Assembly (NCBI GenBank): GCA_004764695.1
Contig: SMSO01000025.1
Coordinates: 5,740,429 to 5,804,428, forward strand
Direction: 5' to 3'
Source: Schizochytrium sp. TIO01
Taxonomy: Eukaryota > Protista > Bigyra: Labyrinthulomycetes
DNA length: 64,000 nt
Made by a program: the position numbers and the translations under genes. The notes under the pieces were generated by a model. The model saw only the letters and a list, made by a program, of their open reading frames with translations. It was not told the DNA's origin and did not search any database. Shown piece by piece: positions 12,967 to 25,274 of the stretch. The stretch's first letter is position 1. Every line of letters starts with the position of its first letter.

Positions 12967-14703
12967 TCACGGTTTTGAATTTGACACAGGGCCATTGAAA
13001 TAGTCAATTGGCTCGAACATTTCAACAGGAATACCTGCTGAGCGCAATGCTTTAACTGTGGCAGGCTCGGCGGATCTCTGTGAAATTAAAGCAAGCAACC
13101 TCCAGACATAACAATAGATTTTATCCGGCCCGAGACGTGCCTTTAAAATGTTAAAAGCACGTTGAGCAACGGCCGAAGCTTCTTTTGCGATATGCGGCTG
13201 AAGCAGGCACTCTCTCATCGCGGGAAGCTCGCGCATACTTGTAGAGATAGGGATGTAGTGGTGCCAAGGGCGCAATTCGAGATAATAGAATTCCCGGTAT
13301 GCGAAAATTGAAGTGACCCATAAAACCAGAGATTTGGTTGTCATTTTCAGAGCAAGTCCAAATGAAGCTGTATTTCCATCACAATGCAGAATCATTTTGT
13401 TTTCTGCAAACTGGCGAGGTGATATCTTTTCGTACCAATTACTTTGAAAAAGGGCTTCAAAAGATCCGCCAATTTTTGGCGCACCACCGATAAACCCTAC
13501 GTCGAATCCCTCAAGATCAACAAAGCGCTCCACAATATTCAAGCGAGGAAGATACTCAAAGGACTCAAGTGTATGTGGAACACCTGTGGAGCTGCCTCTC
13601 CACCACACCACATTTTTGCGAAGACTCCATGGCACCTCCACAACGCGGCTCCTCGAAGGTGAGGATTGCATATCCTGTTGCAGACGCGAAAACTCTATAG
13701 GATTGTCAGAGAGTTGAATGAGGTTATGCATAGATGCCTCCACGAAGGCTCCAGTCGGGAAGAGCAATGAATTATGCGCAGGAGTTCCAACATATCGCAC
13801 AATGCCTGGCATAGGTTGAAGCCAGTCATGCGAAGAATCAGGCACGGCGAAATCAGAGTTTGAGAATGCATATAACACATCAGGTACTGTTGTTATCTGA
13901 CAGAGCATCCAAAGCAGTTTTAATTTGGCATGCCAAAGTCGAGTTCCCGAGACGCGTGTTTTACAGTTGAGAATATGAGGTACATTTGATGTTACCCACA
14001 CGAGGGCATCGACTTGCTGGGCTTGACAATAACCCCAGATGCGTTTTAGTTCCACTTGGCGAAGCCAAAGAAGCTGGCCGGCTTGATCTAGCTCTGGCTC
14101 TGACCGTGGGCATTGAAGCTGGCACAGGAATTCTTCGGCTGTTAATCGATGCGGTTGGCGGAGCAAGGATGTCTGTTTTGCTTTCGCCAATGCAGGGCGA
14201 CGTACATATATTTCAAGGAGCTCGTCTAAGCGTGCTCGTGGATCCACGCTGTCTGTAGAGCACTTTAGAAACTGTATATCAAACCCAGCTGTCGCCGTAA
14301 AGTCTATGTACGGAACCTCCTCATTCGCATTTAGATCTAACGAAGACGCTCGAAGAAGTTTGGTGTACACGCTTTCACAGTTGAGCACCGAGTCTTTGTT
14401 AGGCCATTTCTCTTGGGTGCGATGGTCCATAGAGTCCAAGTCAGCAAATAGGTTGTCGGCATCGTTATTGTTGTCGCTGTTGACGTTGTTGCCTACGTAT
14501 CTCTTGTTCACGCTGCTGCTAGTGGTCCTTGCATGGTCAATCTCTGGTCTTTGCACTGTGTCGTCGTTTTCGCGATCGAAGACTGCTGTGACGTACAGGC
14601 CCCAGGTCACAGATACCACACTTAAGATCAACACAGCAAAGAGGATCCCAAGCAGTAGCAGCGCAACTCGCCCACGCTGACAAGACTTGAGCATGATCTT
14701 CAT
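12967..14703 (-). CDS. Glycosyltransferase family 90 (CAP10/POGLUT-like), type II membrane protein
   Basis: N-terminal TM anchor; PW..RKNVVWWRGSSTG, K..LHCDGNTAS, EFYY..LRPWHHYIPI motifs. Confidence 0.85.
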   Translation of the reverse strand: MKIMLKSCQRGRVALLLLGILFAVLILSVVSVTWGLYVTAVFDRENDDTVQRPEIDHARTTSSSVNKRYVGNNVNSDNNNDADNLFADLDSMDHRTQEKWPNKDSVLNCESVYTKLLRASSLDLNANEEVPYIDFTATAGFDIQFLKCSTDSVDPRARLDELLEIYVRRPALAKAKQTSLLRQPHRLTAEEFLCQLQCPRSEPELDQAGQLLWLRQVELKRIWGYCQAQQVDALVWVTSNVPHILNCKTRVSGTRLWHAKLKLLWMLCQITTVPDVLYAFSNSDFAVPDSSHDWLQPMPGIVRYVGTPAHNSLLFPTGAFVEASMHNLIQLSDNPIEFSRLQQDMQSSPSRSRVVEVPWSLRKNVVWWRGSSTGVPHTLESFEYLPRLNIVERFVDLEGFDVGFIGGAPKIGGSFEALFQSNWYEKISPRQFAENKMILHCDGNTASFGLALKMTTKSLVLWVTSIFAYREFYYLELRPWHHYIPISTSMRELPAMRECLLQPHIAKEASAVAQRAFNILKARLGPDKIYCYVWRLLALISQRSAEPATVKALRSAGIPVEMFEPIDYFNGPVSNSKP

Positions 14704-15142
14704 TTTGGGGAGATTATTGGGATTCGGCTAGTTCATCATCTTATGTGCAATTACTAATCCTAAGATTATTTATAAGTACATAGAATACTCCACTAGGATC
14801 TACTATGTGGTAATCCATGTGGCGAAGTCAAATACCAAATACCACATTTGTGAGTAGTGAACCGTGAAGCTGTTTCTCTGAGGCAGCAAATTTGCCCTGT
14901 GTATATTTATTTCTTCGGTGCTCTTTCTTCTATTAAGCAGCAGGTGCCTAGGTATGCGCATGTAGCATGTACAATGTAATATCCAGAAATCTATGATGCA
15001 AATAACATTATAGATTTCTGGATGAATCACTCGAGTCAAGAAGGCTTAAGTTGACTAGGTATGTGCTGTTGATGCGATGGAGGCCAGTTCAATTTGACAG
15101 GGGAAAATGATTAATGTATTTGTAACTATGCGTGCATAACAA

Positions 15143-15367
15143 CTACTTGTTCCGTGTGTTTCCGGCATTCTTGCGCTTGATGAGCTTCTTGCCATTGCGG
15201 GTTTTATCATTTGCATCCTTGGATTCAATCTTCTTGTACGTCTTGGGAAGTCCTAGGGCGAGGCGAAGTGCCTCCTCTGGATCCTCCAGAATAAGTTTCT
15301 CGTTGATGGGCTTGGCACGGGAAATCTTGCTGGAGTTAGACTGTCCCTTGGGTAGGATCTTGGCCAT
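15143..15367 (-). CDS. Small basic hypothetical protein (74 aa)
   Basis: ATG-initiated Lys-rich ORF MAKILPKGQSNSSK...; no family recognised. Confidence 0.4.
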   Translation of the reverse strand: MAKILPKGQSNSSKISRAKPINEKLILEDPEEALRLALGLPKTYKKIESKDANDKTRNGKKLIKRKNAGNTRNK

Positions 15368-18300
15368 GCGCAGAGGTGTAGTTCCTTTGTGGTCTCTAGA
15401 CAATTACTGCCTTTCCTGGTTGGCCAACTTTCGCTCAAGAAGGCACCTGACTGCTGCTTGCTGTCTGTCTGTCTGCCTTGGCTCTTTCTGGGTTTGCTGT
15501 CTAGTGCAGTTGTTGCTGTGTCTCTCGCTGTTGTAGAACGAAAGAAGTTTCGGGTCTGCTGCTGGCTGGTGCAGTCCTACGTGCTTGGGCGCTTGTTCTG
15601 CAAGTGGTATATTTTCGAGGGTCCTTGACCTGCTGCCAACTGCGCAGCTGACCTGCGTCGAAGTAGGCAGCTGTTCCCCAACTATTGATCCCATGTTCTA
15701 CTGGCTCCTCAGTGCATCTGCATCTCTTCGTATTGTTGATCTCACTTTCGCACCTTGAAGAATGGGACGTTCAAAGAGTCCCAGGTCGCCGGATCTACTA
15801 GTCGTAGCATGTCTTCGAGACGCACCTGCGGTTCGAGTGAAAAGGCGCCTCTTCCCTTACGACAATGCCACTGATGATGCCAAAGGGGACAGCGCAGTCG
15901 CAGTTTCAAAGGCTTGGCCGAACTTGTTGCGCTGTGCATTAGGGGTTCTGCCCTGGTTCCTCGTGTAAATGCAGTGGCGCCGATTCGTTAAAGAGACAAA
16001 TAACTTTGAACGTTCACAAACAACTTGAACTGGAGACATACAAATTCAGAGTTCGTCGCGGTGATTCGTAACTGCGGCATATCTTTGATTGGACCAAAGT
16101 CAGCAATCTTGGAGATGACCACGATCTTGCCGCTTCGGGCTAGTCGCTGGCTTTAAGTTATTTCTGACCTTCATCGATGGGTGTGCGCTGACGGAAAATC
16201 AAAGACTTCATTTTCCTGGTGTGCCTCTAGAGGTAGCTAGCTACGTAGTGCTCTCTTCCTGGGGGCGCAGGAACTGGATTGACAAGTTATCAATGCCAAT
16301 GCAAAGCTGTGTTCATAGCAGGCCCAAGTTGGCAGAGCAGGCGTCCAACAGTACTTATATCATGGAGAAGCAGACCTTCAAGAAGAGCGGAAAGGTGATA
16401 GTGCTTTGTCTTGGAAGCGCGGTGAGAAGACAGGTAAGTACAGAGGTAGTACATACATACCTAGGTAAGAAGGCATACTCCCTCACTATCACTAGGCAGA
16501 GTAAGAAGGCAGAGGTAGTACGTATTGGGAGGGCTCATAAAATTCATGCCAGAACAATCGTTTAACACGTCAACCTCGCTCACTATGGCTCCTATCAATC
16601 CCCGACTTGGGTGGTGAAACATATCAGCAATACCTGTATTTTTCACGCATATGGCGAGGATTGCTTTGAAAAGAGAGCGGCGTGAGCTATCTCAGCAGGT
16701 TCAAATTGCGCACTTCCATGGAAGGTGGGAACCTTCTCACAAAAGGAGATGAGATGCTGTGATAAATTCCGTTCTTCAATTGGAAAGGAGAAGATCTTTG
16801 CTTCGAAGTTCTCACGGGTCGGGTCCTTCTCCTCGATCACGGCTTCCTTTTGCTGAAGTTGCTTTATCGGGAAATCAATCTCTGATTTAATGTAACTCTT
16901 CGCGAGCGCCAGACTCTGAAGAGTCGCTACGATGATCCATAAAACCTCTTGCTGAGGCCATCAGGGCCCTGCTGCCGCAAGCTTTCAAGAAGGTGTCTGG
17001 GTACTAGTTTCCGGAGTTCTGCTGTGCCCAGGCCGCTCATGAGCGCATCAGAATTGAACCGAGCGCCGAGCGGGGGCAGAAAGAAAGAAGCCTTGGCTGC
17101 AATCTAGACCTGCTTCGAAAGCTAAAATTTCTGACTTTTGCAGTCGCGACTTTGTCTGCGCTGAGGCCTAACTTCTAGCGGCATACGAGTAGGTATCATG
17201 ATGTACCTGAAATTTCAGAAGGCTTGTCTGAGCCGATGATGTCGCGATCTTTCTTCAAGCCCTGCCAAAGCATACCAGAACTTTCTTTCGTAGAACTTTC
17301 TTTCGTAGCTATTGAGCCTCCCGTTGTCCAACTTCGACCCAAAAGCCGCCGCGGCTTCGGAGGATTGTAGGATGATGGTATTGACAATCTGACAACAGTC
17401 AGTTATCCAGGTACCATCATTCCCATCATTCTCATCGTTCTTTCTAAGTGTTGTACCCAGTGCGCACCTCGAGAGCCACAATTCTCATGCATAGAATGAA
17501 AGACACCATGGCATAGTAGGGCGCCCTTTCTGATAGACAGACCCAAGTCAGCGAAGATGTGCACATCATGATTGAGTTCCACTGCTAATTCGCAGCGGAC
17601 TCGTGGTTCGCAGCATTGGTCAGAAATAAAGAGCCGCCCCGCGTGCCGCCAACGCCGCCAAAGCTGTCGGAGCTTGTGCACAGCGATTGATGAATTGATT
17701 GATTCATTGATTGATTGATTCATTGATTGATTGATTCGCGACACGCTCTGGCGTAAGCGGGTCGAAGGAGAGAACTGTGCGCAGCGATCTGATTCCTCGC
17801 TGTCATCTTATGGTAGGTAGCCCTTGGGCAGAGACCTCGAGCTTAGTTGGCAATGGATTGATTCAACAGCACTTATAATGCCGCCCGCGGACTGCATGGA
17901 GACCGAGTTCTGCCCGAGCGAGCGCGTTCCTGGAACATATTGAGACCGGCAAAGCAAAGGCCTGAACGCGATGATAACGAACTTGGGTGGGTGGTATACT
18001 GCCGCAATGGCATGAAGTAGTCGAGTTTTCTTGAGGGTTTTCCAATGTTCCTGTTCTTTTCGTTGGCTTTGGTTCTGGTTTGTTTGATTGTTTGTTTATT
18101 TGATTGTTTGTTTGTTTGTTTGAGCATGTGAATGGCTTGGCACGATGAGGGATGATTCAGTTGGTCTTCGCACGCCGCCGCGCTGATCATTGCATAAGAT
18201 GAGAAATCATTTTGCGCGGGTATTGCTTGATGGAAGCTCGTGGCTTTGGCCTGTTGCTACGAGTTTATGTTGATCTAGAACGCATAGGGTCGAACGAAAG

Positions 18301-21300
18301 GTTTTGACTTCAAGCTTTGCACGATGAGGGCCCAAGTGGAACTACGATGACAATTCGAGCTGCTTTTGTAGACAAAAAGACGGCATTGTTGAAGTTCCAA
18401 AATGAGGCACCCAACAACACAGAACTGCAACGAGAGAATTAGAAGCGAAAACCATAGGACTTTGTAGTACATAGGCGGCTCTTCGCCACACTGAAGTGAA
18501 TCTGGACTTTTATAATTTGATAGCACTTGACTTTTGTACAACCTTATCGATACCTGGCAACAAAACGGTCTGAGTAGTAATAAGTAGCAGAAGTAAGGTT
18601 TTGCTCGACAGTGCTTTTGGTAGCACCCTTGATGTCTGCGTTATTAATTTCCCTTTTCTTCTTTCGTTTTCAACACTTTTTATAGTTTATTTTATGGAAA
18701 CTTTGGTATGAAAAGAAAAAAAAAGGAAAAAAAAAAAAAACTGAGCCTGGGGAACTACCCCCATTTTATTTTAACCAACATATTTTCAAAGATCGATTGG
18801 ACAACTCATAGCGACAGTCTGCGCAGAAAATGGGATGGCAAACCTTGAGTAGGTTGCCGAGGTTCCCTGGGTTTTCATTTGTTAAAAGGCATGGGGGGCT
18901 CATAAGATCTGGGTGCATACAGTTTGTCACTTCCGTTATGTGCCTCCTTCATCAGTCGCAGGAGACATTTAAAGTTGTCCAATCTCAATTGGTCACCTTC
19001 TTTTTCCTCTTCTTCTTCTTTTCCAAACTTGAAAAGTTATGAAAATAAAAATAATAGAATAATTAATTATTTACAAGTATTTCTTTCTTTTTAAACAAAC
19101 TTGAAAGATAAAATTAAAAATATTCAAGTTTTTATATACCAAGATCTTGAATCAAAAACAACTGTCTTTCTTCTTTCACACAAACCTTTAGATTATACCT
19201 TTACTTGGGAAAGCCTTAACAAAGCACCAAGGCCAAACTTGTTTGGGCATTGCAGGGCAGTCAGCCCACTAGCTTCACTTAGAATCTTCTGCTGGGGCAA
19301 AGGAATCAATTAGGTTCAACACAGTACGTATTGCGGTGAATGAAAGCTCTTGATCCATGCAAACAGTGCGATCCCGGTCCATAACTTCTCGCTCGCCACA
19401 AACTGTGTAGTTCCCTGAATTCTCGCAATCTGCAGGTCAAACTCAAGATACACTTTGCAGTAGCCCCAATATACTGCAAAGATCGATGCGTAAAAGTGCA
19501 AAAAGAGAAAGCTCGAATGAGTTTTATCAAGTTGCAGGTATCTAAATTCAGCTGAAGCGAAAGTCTGAGATCTAAGACCTCCAAAGTTCGGGTTGTCCAA
19601 TTTGCCCACTGTGTAACATACTCTATAGGTAGGTACTAGCTAGTGCACCTGAGGCGCCGGATGTAATTTCAACACGCAAGCTTTTGTTTATCAGGTGTGC
19701 AGACATTTCGTACAGGTTTCGCTTGCATCATAAGCGTCACCAAGACCCGCACAACTACAGGACTTATGATTGGAGCAGAACCATGGACAAAGAAAGCAGT
19801 TCTTCGTATGCCACTCTGCCGAGGTCGAAGATGTCGTGCTAAACCTCTACACAGATAGCTCGGTGGTCGCTGTAATCTTCACGAAGCGGCGACGCGAATT
19901 TGATCCTTGATGTTCACTCAGATCTAATATACGTGTGCCCATGAACTTTTACAGCACGCGAAGAGGACTTGCACCTGAATCTATATTTCTGGGACTTGTG
20001 CATATTACAGAACGTGGAGATAACCCGGGGCTAAAGAGATATGTGTCTATGGAAGAGACCTGGTGCCTTCATGTCGCGGAGCATGACACGGATCTATTTG
20101 TAGCATTGGCACACGGGGTCTTGGAGCGTTGTGCAGTGGATGCAAGAACACCCAAGCGCCGACACCTACTGACCTTTATACCTATAGCTCGTTCGATATT
20201 TATTGTGCTTGCTATTGTGTCGTCAGTACACAGCAGCAAAGACCGCTTTAAGAAATGTGGTTCTACAGATTATCAGCGCACACCAGGCAAAGTGAAAAGA
20301 AATGTGCAAAACAATGCACAATCTGTCCACATATCTGTGCACAACCTCGAGAGCTCGTGAATTCCGAAGCTACTACCCCTGGTCATAAACCTTCCTGCTT
20401 CGTCAGAACAGTAACCAACGGTATCGGGCCGCGTAAAATGAATACATGAAGTCAGAGTTCGAGCCCGTCGCGACCTTGACTTGGCTTGGTGGGCCGAAGA
20501 TCCAGTATTGCGTTTCAGAATTGCAATTACCGGCACTCCTAAGCAGTGCACTTTCGATCAAAACAGGCTATGGCTCCAGGATGGTGGCAGCGCCCAATGT
20601 CTATGTAGAACGTCGGAGACTTTTTAGCACCAACCGTCGTGAACATATCTATTGTAAATACATGTGACAGTACTGGTGAACATGGTCTCTGTAACGTTTA
20701 AAGTGCATCGACATCTTGAATGATTTGCCTGAGTCAAAGTTTATTGGTGATCCCAGGCTCTTCAGCCCTCCAAGAGCGATTTGAGAACGCTTATTAAAGT
20801 ACCTACCGACCGAGGTACTTTCGGCGAATAGAAAGCGAGCCAAAGTACCAGGCGACGATAACTCTACTACATCGATCAAAGATAACAACCTTGGTAACGC
20901 GGACTTCCTCAAAATCACGACGAACGCCAACGGCAATTAGTCCCAAGCTAGAGTTTCACCCTGTAAAAGCCCCAAACTCATAAGACTCAGGGAATGTATG
21001 AGCTGCACTTTCTTGGTCTAAACCGGCGGCTGCAGCACTTTGATCAAAAGCTGTCTGCCTGTATTTATTTAGGCCGGATTACTTCGAGGGTACTAGCAAA
21101 CAAAGTGAAGTCGCATAGGATAAAGTGCAACTCAAAGTACCTAATTACTGATCGAGGAAGCGAGCCAGCGAGCAAGCTTGCGATCCACATCGGCCCCCTC
21201 AACATACAAACTGCCGCATGCAAGCGTGTTATCAGCCATACCTGTATCTGATTCAAAGTAGCAAGCACGCGTCCTGGGCCCTCTGGTGCATACGCGAGTA

Positions 21301-23708
21301 AATCGATAATTTCTTCTCTTTTTCCCCATTCATTTTCAATTATTTTTTTTAATAAGTACTAACCAATGAAAGACTTCTGTTTAGTGAATTGTACTGACTG
21401 TTACATTGCGAGGAAAAGGAATCTCTGATCCCACATAAGAAGAAAAGCCTGAAAGTGCTGCTGCTTTCCTTTCCTTACTTATCTCTTGTTTTCCTTTCTC
21501 TTCTTTTTCAACTGAGAAGAAGAATACCTGAAAATAACTAGGTGTTGAAAAGAAAAGGAAAGAAAAGAAAAGAAATAAAAATTGCGTTTATCTTATCAAG
21601 TTGAAGACTTATTTTCAATTTCCATTTTTATTAATTAATTAAAGTAAAATGAATACGTATGATGATAATAAATGCAGTACTATTTAAGTTGACCGACGGA
21701 ATCCCATTTGAATAGACTGAGTTCAAGTTCGTTCAAAGCGTTTCAAGATGGTCAACGATTGAGTGAATTGCGAGCGCCGATTGGGACGGCTGTCCCGACT
21801 TGTCTGCGGCAGGCGGCAGAAACAAATCGAGGCGGCGAGCCAGAGAGACGAGCAGGCCAAAGAGCGGAAGAGCGTGTGGAAGAGCAGGCAGCCGGAGAGA
21901 GAGGGAGCGGAGTGAAGGCGAGGAAGAGAGGAAGGAGAGCAGCCCGAGTGCTTTCCATATTTTTCATTGCTTTGCATTGCATTGCATTGCAAAGCAAAGC
22001 GTTTCTTCGCGTTGCACGGTACTTTGGCCTGCGAAGGTCCCGCACACCCGGCAACGCAGGAGTGGTCGGTGGTCCAGTCGAGAGGGGTCTTGTTGGTAGG
22101 GTCTGTACCTGCAATTGCAGACGAAGTAGGCCGCCCAAGAGCAGAGCGAGCGTCGAACTTGGGTCGAGGATAGCGAGCGTCCATCGACGACTTTTCTTCT
22201 TTCTTCTATAAAGAAAGCGTATCGTTCTAAGAGCAAACAAACTCATTTTCTCTTACAACAGAACAGTACATCAAAAGAAACGCAGTGATCGATTCTCCGA
22301 CTTGCGATTCTTCGCACGCGCGCTCAAGTTCGAGAGATTAGCTCTGCCCAAGCAAAGCCACGGCCTGAGGACACCCCGAGGTCGCACTGGCGCCTTTGGC
22401 TCAGCTTGCTTGAGCTTCCTACCTGCCGATTCTTGGTTTTGGAATCGATATTTATCTGTCAGGTTGAAGAGCAGGAGCTTGAGAAACAGACGGTGCGCCC
22501 CCGGTTGGTACCCGAAGAGGTCGTGCAGAGCAAGGTTGAGACCGGCGAAGATCCCGTCGAACTCGACTGGAGGTGGGTCACAACTTTTGACCTTGGTCTG
22601 GCTGCGTTTTCTTCAATCCTCTCCGGACATATCCATCGAGTGCACGGCAGCAGCAACCAGACCTCGCCAACTTCTCAACAGCAGCAGCAACAAAGGCAGC
22701 AGCTCCAAGAGCCACAGCAAGAACTGCGACAAAGGAGCGACATTACCCACCACCTGGAAGGGAAGACGGTCTGCACAGAGCTAGCTGGTCACGGTCTGGA
22801 GCAAGCCACTCTCATTTGCATCCTTGGGCACGGGCATCGGAGGGAAACCTTCGCGTGCAAGCACAAAGCAAGCAAAAGAACTCTTCGACGGTCTCTGCTG
22901 TTGTTCTGCTCATCACTCACTCTATAGTCAGCTAGGAGTGCGCTAGCTATAGCTAGGAGTGCGCTAGCCTTGGACTGCGATTCAGACAGAGCGGAGGCGA
23001 GGAGAAAGAGACCTTCGCAGGGGAGGAAGGACGGCCAAGTCGCAAGTTGGCTGCGTTTGGACCTGAGAGTGTAGACGAGAGCAGGTAGCGACAGCCAGTA
23101 AGTACTTGCCAAGTTTACCAGCAGAGGCAAGCACGCGGCGAGGTCGCTGGCCTTGTGACAAGTCTGTCTTGTCTGGTCTGCTCAGGTCTTTGCTGGGAAG
23201 CGATTGATCTGACTTTGAGAGTGCGAGGGCCCAGAGGAGACGGAAGGGCTGTTGTCCACCACTGGCACTCCTAGGTAGCTAGCTAGCTAGCTGACTTGTT
23301 AGTTGGTTGGTTGGTTAGTTAGTTAGGTAGCTAGCTAGCTAGTTAGTTGGTTGCTTTCTTTTTATTATTTTGTGTACACCGTAATAAAAAGAAAAGCAAA
23401 GCGAAGTGAGCGACGGAAGTATCTAGGTAGCAGAAGCAGGTAGATAGGAGGGAACTTGAAGCGGCTGGTCTGAAAGAGAACAAGCAGTCCTATCTTATTT
23501 GTTGCTTCGAAGTTCCTGTACTAGGTAGGAGGAACCTAGCCACCACTAAGTAGTAGTTGATTGAAGTCCTCCTGCTGCAAGTTGTCGGGAGGAGTTGGGA
23601 GCAGGGCTGAATTTGTCGATTGATAGTTCGATCACTGTCCAAGATCATCCACCGCCTAGAACTTTTTACGACTACTATTAGGTATTGTTTATCTAGCACT
23701 CAACAGGC

Positions 23709-25274
23709 ATGAAAATGTCAACAGCAAATGGAATTGCAAGCGCGGCGAGTGTAGCAAACCCGCAACTCGAGGAGCAGCGGCAAAGCAATAATACAGAACA
23801 AGACTTACACCAAACGGAGGAGTCGAAAAGCAACCAAAACCCAAACGCAAGAGACCTCGCGAAATTGCCTTGGTTGAGACCCAAGAAGAAAATGAGCGTT
23901 GTAGAAAACCCTACAGCCCAAACGTGGGAGGATCTCGAGGCAGTTCTTGCCAAGCAGCCAATTCGTCGTCCCCCCGCACTCTCGGATGTGAACCCATTGG
24001 TCATTGTGGCATCGTACAATGATTTCGGAGACCTTGCTCATGGCCCCCGCGGTACCGAGGCAATTTACACGCTCCGTACCTACCGTCTTGACGTGCAGGA
24101 TGGCAGTATGACTCTTCTCAGTGTCGAGTCTGGCAACAAGAACCCTGCATTTACTCGTATGCACCCTGCCCGCAACGTCATGTACTCTTGCACTGAGAGT
24201 CTCTCCGAGAATGGTCGCGTCGTCTCTTACTACGTGAACCCAACCACAGGTCGCATGACCAAGCTTGGCGATGTGGATGCGCAAGGTCGCTCCACGTGCT
24301 ATCTTACCATCGACAAGGCGCAACGCTTCATGCTTGTGGTCAACTACTGGAGCTCCCAGGTTGTGTCCATGCCCATCAATCAAGAGACCGGAGCGCTCGA
24401 GAAGGCATGCAGCATCTACCACCCCAAGGGTCCCGCTGCTGCAGGCGCCGATGTCATGAACGTGTCTCACACCAAGCATGTTAACCACTCCCTGAATGAC
24501 GAGGCCGCGCAGCGTGAACGTCAGAAAGACCCGCACACGCACGCTGTTGTGCTCGAGCCATTTTACGGATGCGTAGCCTATGTGCCCGATCTCGGTACTG
24601 ATACCATCCACGAACTTCATTTCAACCGTGACACTGGTGAGCTAACATGGCTTTCAGATATCCGCGTTGGTGCTGCAGGCCGTGCCCATGGACCTCGCTA
24701 CATTGAGTTCCACCCGACTTTGCCCGTGTGCTATGTGATCAACGAAATTGGCTCCGAGGTTGCGGTCTTCCGTGTTGATCGCGAGAAGCTAGGTCGCATT
24801 GCTGCGCTCCAGTCTGGCGAGGATGTCGTGGGACAGGGCTTCCACTCGACACTCACACCATACCACAAAATTGCAACTATTCCGGAGGCATTCCCCAAGA
24901 GCCTCAACACGTGTGGCCGCATTGCCATCCACCCTTCGGGTCTCTATGTCATTGTCTCGAACCGTGGCCACAACAGTCTTGCTGTATTCCGCGTGAACCC
25001 GAAGCAGGGCGGTAAGCTCAGTCTCGTTGGATTTTTCCACACCCGTGGTGAGACCCCGCGTCACTACCAATACGATCCTACCGGTCAGTATCTTATTGTT
25101 GCCAACCAGGACAGTGATTCCCTCGCTGTCTTCCGCTTCAACCTTTCGGATGGAAAGCTCAAATTCACCAACAACTTGTACCACTGCCACTCCCCCAACT
25201 TTGTGGCTTTCGCTATGCAGGATAACCCTGAGGACGAGGAGAACTTTGAAGACATTGACTCCGTCGCTTCTTAA
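23709..25274 (+). CDS. Beta-propeller lactonase, 6-phosphogluconolactonase YbhE/Pgl (cycloisomerase 2) family
   Basis: LVVNY, RQKDPHTH, YVPDLGTD, GPRYIEFHP, VINE, VSNRGHNS, GETPRH, VANQDSD motifs; strong codon bias. Possible 5'UTR intron at 23275-23706. Confidence 0.9.
   Translation: MKMSTANGIASAASVANPQLEEQRQSNNTEQDLHQTEESKSNQNPNARDLAKLPWLRPKKKMSVVENPTAQTWEDLEAVLAKQPIRRPPALSDVNPLVIVASYNDFGDLAHGPRGTEAIYTLRTYRLDVQDGSMTLLSVESGNKNPAFTRMHPARNVMYSCTESLSENGRVVSYYVNPTTGRMTKLGDVDAQGRSTCYLTIDKAQRFMLVVNYWSSQVVSMPINQETGALEKACSIYHPKGPAAAGADVMNVSHTKHVNHSLNDEAAQRERQKDPHTHAVVLEPFYGCVAYVPDLGTDTIHELHFNRDTGELTWLSDIRVGAAGRAHGPRYIEFHPTLPVCYVINEIGSEVAVFRVDREKLGRIAALQSGEDVVGQGFHSTLTPYHKIATIPEAFPKSLNTCGRIAIHPSGLYVIVSNRGHNSLAVFRVNPKQGGKLSLVGFFHTRGETPRHYQYDPTGQYLIVANQDSDSLAVFRFNLSDGKLKFTNNLYHCHSPNFVAFAMQDNPEDEENFEDIDSVAS

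Noticed and set aside
15700-21300. Scattered short ORFs suggesting decayed genes or transposons
   Set aside because: No motif I can assign to a family; needs tBLASTx.
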